Shown: piece by piece, positions 62,669 to 64,000 of the stretch | Layout: every line of letters starts with the position of its first letter | How positions within the stretch are numbered: position 1 is the first letter of the stretch | Assembly: GCA_963665735.1 (NCBI GenBank) | Contig: OY762444.1 | Coordinates: 1,068,231 to 1,132,230 of the forward strand | DNA: 64,000 nucleotides | Direction of reading: 5' to 3' | Origin: Dehalococcoidia bacterium | GTDB lineage: Bacteria > Chloroflexota > Dehalococcoidia > Lucifugimonadales > UBA3495 | Translations under genes and position numbers: made by a program | Notes under the pieces: generated by a model | Told to the model about the DNA's origin: nothing | Database searches by the model: none | Seen by the model: only the letters and a program-made list of their open reading frames with translations

Positions 62669-63117
62669 CGGACAGCCAAGACGGCAGAATCAAAATCGTC
62701 ATAGATACCAATGTCCTGGTACCCATCCTGACATACAAATCACCCAACGACAACTGGCTAGTCAAATCCTGGAAGTCATACAGCGTAATCCCCCTGATTT
62801 GCGAGGAAACCTCAGAAGAACTCCGGAGGAAGCTGATATGGGCATCTCCCACGACAAAAGATTACCAAGCAATACTGTTCGCCGAGAGAGGCCTCAACGA
62901 CTACGCTCAATGGTGTGAGACGATCAGGGTGGAAGACGAACCTGCTAACCCGCAGTGCCGGGACAAAACCGACCAGATATTCATTGACCTGGCCTACGCC
63001 GGAAACGCCGCCTACCTGGTCACCAGGGACGGGAAACTCCTGGCAATGGATTCCCAAACCCCCTTCCGCATCCTCACCGACGCCGACTTCCGGCGGATAA
63101 TCGCCCCGCTAGTTTAA
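62665..63117 (+). CDS. PIN-domain protein (PIN_3-like putative toxin)
   Basis: ATGA overlap with the TPR gene stop. Motifs KIVIDTNVLVPIL, RDKTDQIFIDLA and YLVTRDGKLL. Confidence 0.8.
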   Translation: MTDSQDGRIKIVIDTNVLVPILTYKSPNDNWLVKSWKSYSVIPLICEETSEELRRKLIWASPTTKDYQAILFAERGLNDYAQWCETIRVEDEPANPQCRDKTDQIFIDLAYAGNAAYLVTRDGKLLAMDSQTPFRILTDADFRRIIAPLV

Positions 63118-63193
63118 CTCTCCCTCACCCCGCCAAACCCCGCCTGCCGTTCAATCCGCTAAAACCAACGCGGAAGGAGATAACCACGCGCCC

Positions 63194-63766
63194 ATGACCT
63201 CCCCACACCAGCCGACCTTCACCCTATTGGCCGGCCCCTCCGGCGTGGGCAAGGACGCCGTCCTGGATGCGTTGCAAAAGCGGCTGCCCCAACTCCACGT
63301 CCCCCTTACCGTCACCACCCGGCCCATGCGCCCCGGGGAGAAGGACGGCCGGGAGTACCGGTTCGTGGATGACGAAACATTCCTGGCGATGGAACGGGAA
63401 AAAAGATTCCTGGAAACGGCCCTAGTCCACGGGTGCTTCTACGGCACCCCCAAGGATGAGGTAGTCAAACCCCTGGCCGAGGGGCGGAATGTTATCCTCA
63501 AAGTGGACGTGCAGGGCGCGGAACAGGTGAAGCGGCTCATGCCCCAAGCCCTGGGCGTGTTCCTGATGCCCGAGGGAGAAGAACAGCTGCGCCGGCGGCT
63601 GGAACTCCGGGGCCTGGAACCCGCCGACCTGGAGACCCGGCTCGGGAACGCCCGTTGGGAGATGGAGCGGGGAAAGGACTTCGAACACGTCCTGGTCAAC
63701 CGGGAAGGAAAGCTGGAGGAAACCGTTGCCCTGGTGGAACGGGTGATCCTGGGAAAGCAAGTTTGA
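63194..63766 (+). CDS. gmk: Guanylate kinase
   Basis: 190 aa. Motifs GPSGVGKDAV, TTRPMRPGEKDGREYRFV and KVDVQGA. Confidence 0.88.
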   Translation: MTSPHQPTFTLLAGPSGVGKDAVLDALQKRLPQLHVPLTVTTRPMRPGEKDGREYRFVDDETFLAMEREKRFLETALVHGCFYGTPKDEVVKPLAEGRNVILKVDVQGAEQVKRLMPQALGVFLMPEGEEQLRRRLELRGLEPADLETRLGNARWEMERGKDFEHVLVNREGKLEETVALVERVILGKQV

Positions 63767-64000
63767 AGAACGTCTGCCACTTCACCGTGACCCTCGACCA
63801 CGTACGCCGCAGCCGCAGCGGCGAGGGCAACCCCCTGGCATTGGCGCTGCGGGAGAACGGGCTGATGGAACACCCCCGGGTGGAGGGAATATCGACCCGG
63901 GGCGAGTACGGGAACCGGAGCTACTCCTACCGGCACGCGCCCACGGTGATGCGGTGGCTGAACCGGTGGCGGCGGGGCGAGGAGATGGAACCACTGAAGT
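63763..64000 (+). CDS. Partial ORF running off the window end (hypothetical)
   Basis: The open frame starts at a TTG overlapping the gmk stop (LKNVCHFTVTLDHVRRSRSGEGNPLALALRENG...). It has no stop within the window. Confidence 0.35.
   Translation, partial: MKNVCHFTVTLDHVRRSRSGEGNPLALALRENGLMEHPRVEGISTRGEYGNRSYSYRHAPTVMRWLNRWRRGEEMEPLK

Overview
High-GC bacterial DNA. Almost all genes are on the + strand, and many are translationally coupled through ATGA or GTGA start/stop overlaps. Replicon type and taxon cannot be determined from the sequence alone. Only two housekeeping-type genes are recognisable: a full-length RF2 gene (prfB) with its programmed +1 frameshift site, and gmk. The rest looks accessory.

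- 0.2-7.4 kb: a PLD-nuclease/SNF2 helicase next to an Eco57I-like N6-adenine methyltransferase.
- 7.5-13.8 kb: a visibly more A/T-rich block of six uncharacterised genes. It has its own extended -10 promoter and includes HEPN-like, PD-(D/E)xK-like and Cys/His hydrolase-like candidates.
- 14.1-15.8 kb: a tandem duplication involving a C2H2 zinc-finger gene.
- 17.3-19.7 kb: a Ro60/Rsr (TROVE+vWA) gene followed by five tandem Y-RNA-like genes. Three carry a permuted tRNA-like domain.
- 20.1-20.8 kb: a Fic protein.
- 25.2-29.8 kb: an A/T-richer islet with a TIR-P-loop NTPase.
- 42.7-50.2 kb: an RNA-repair supercluster of RNA ligase, RF2, Hen1, a coupled unknown ORF and Pnkp.
- 50.3-58.2 kb: at least nine paralogues of a roughly 110-150 aa protein family.
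- 60.5-63.1 kb: a SIR2-like/TPR/PIN islet just before gmk.

Non-coding structure includes REP-like hairpins, a hairpin array with compensatory changes, and short heptanucleotide tandem repeats at five operon boundaries. Two genes (prfB 3' end and a retropepsin-like protease) show single-base frame breaks, and one zinc-ribbon ORF has an in-frame stop. All calls rest on motifs read by eye from the ORF translations and the DNA. No database search was run.
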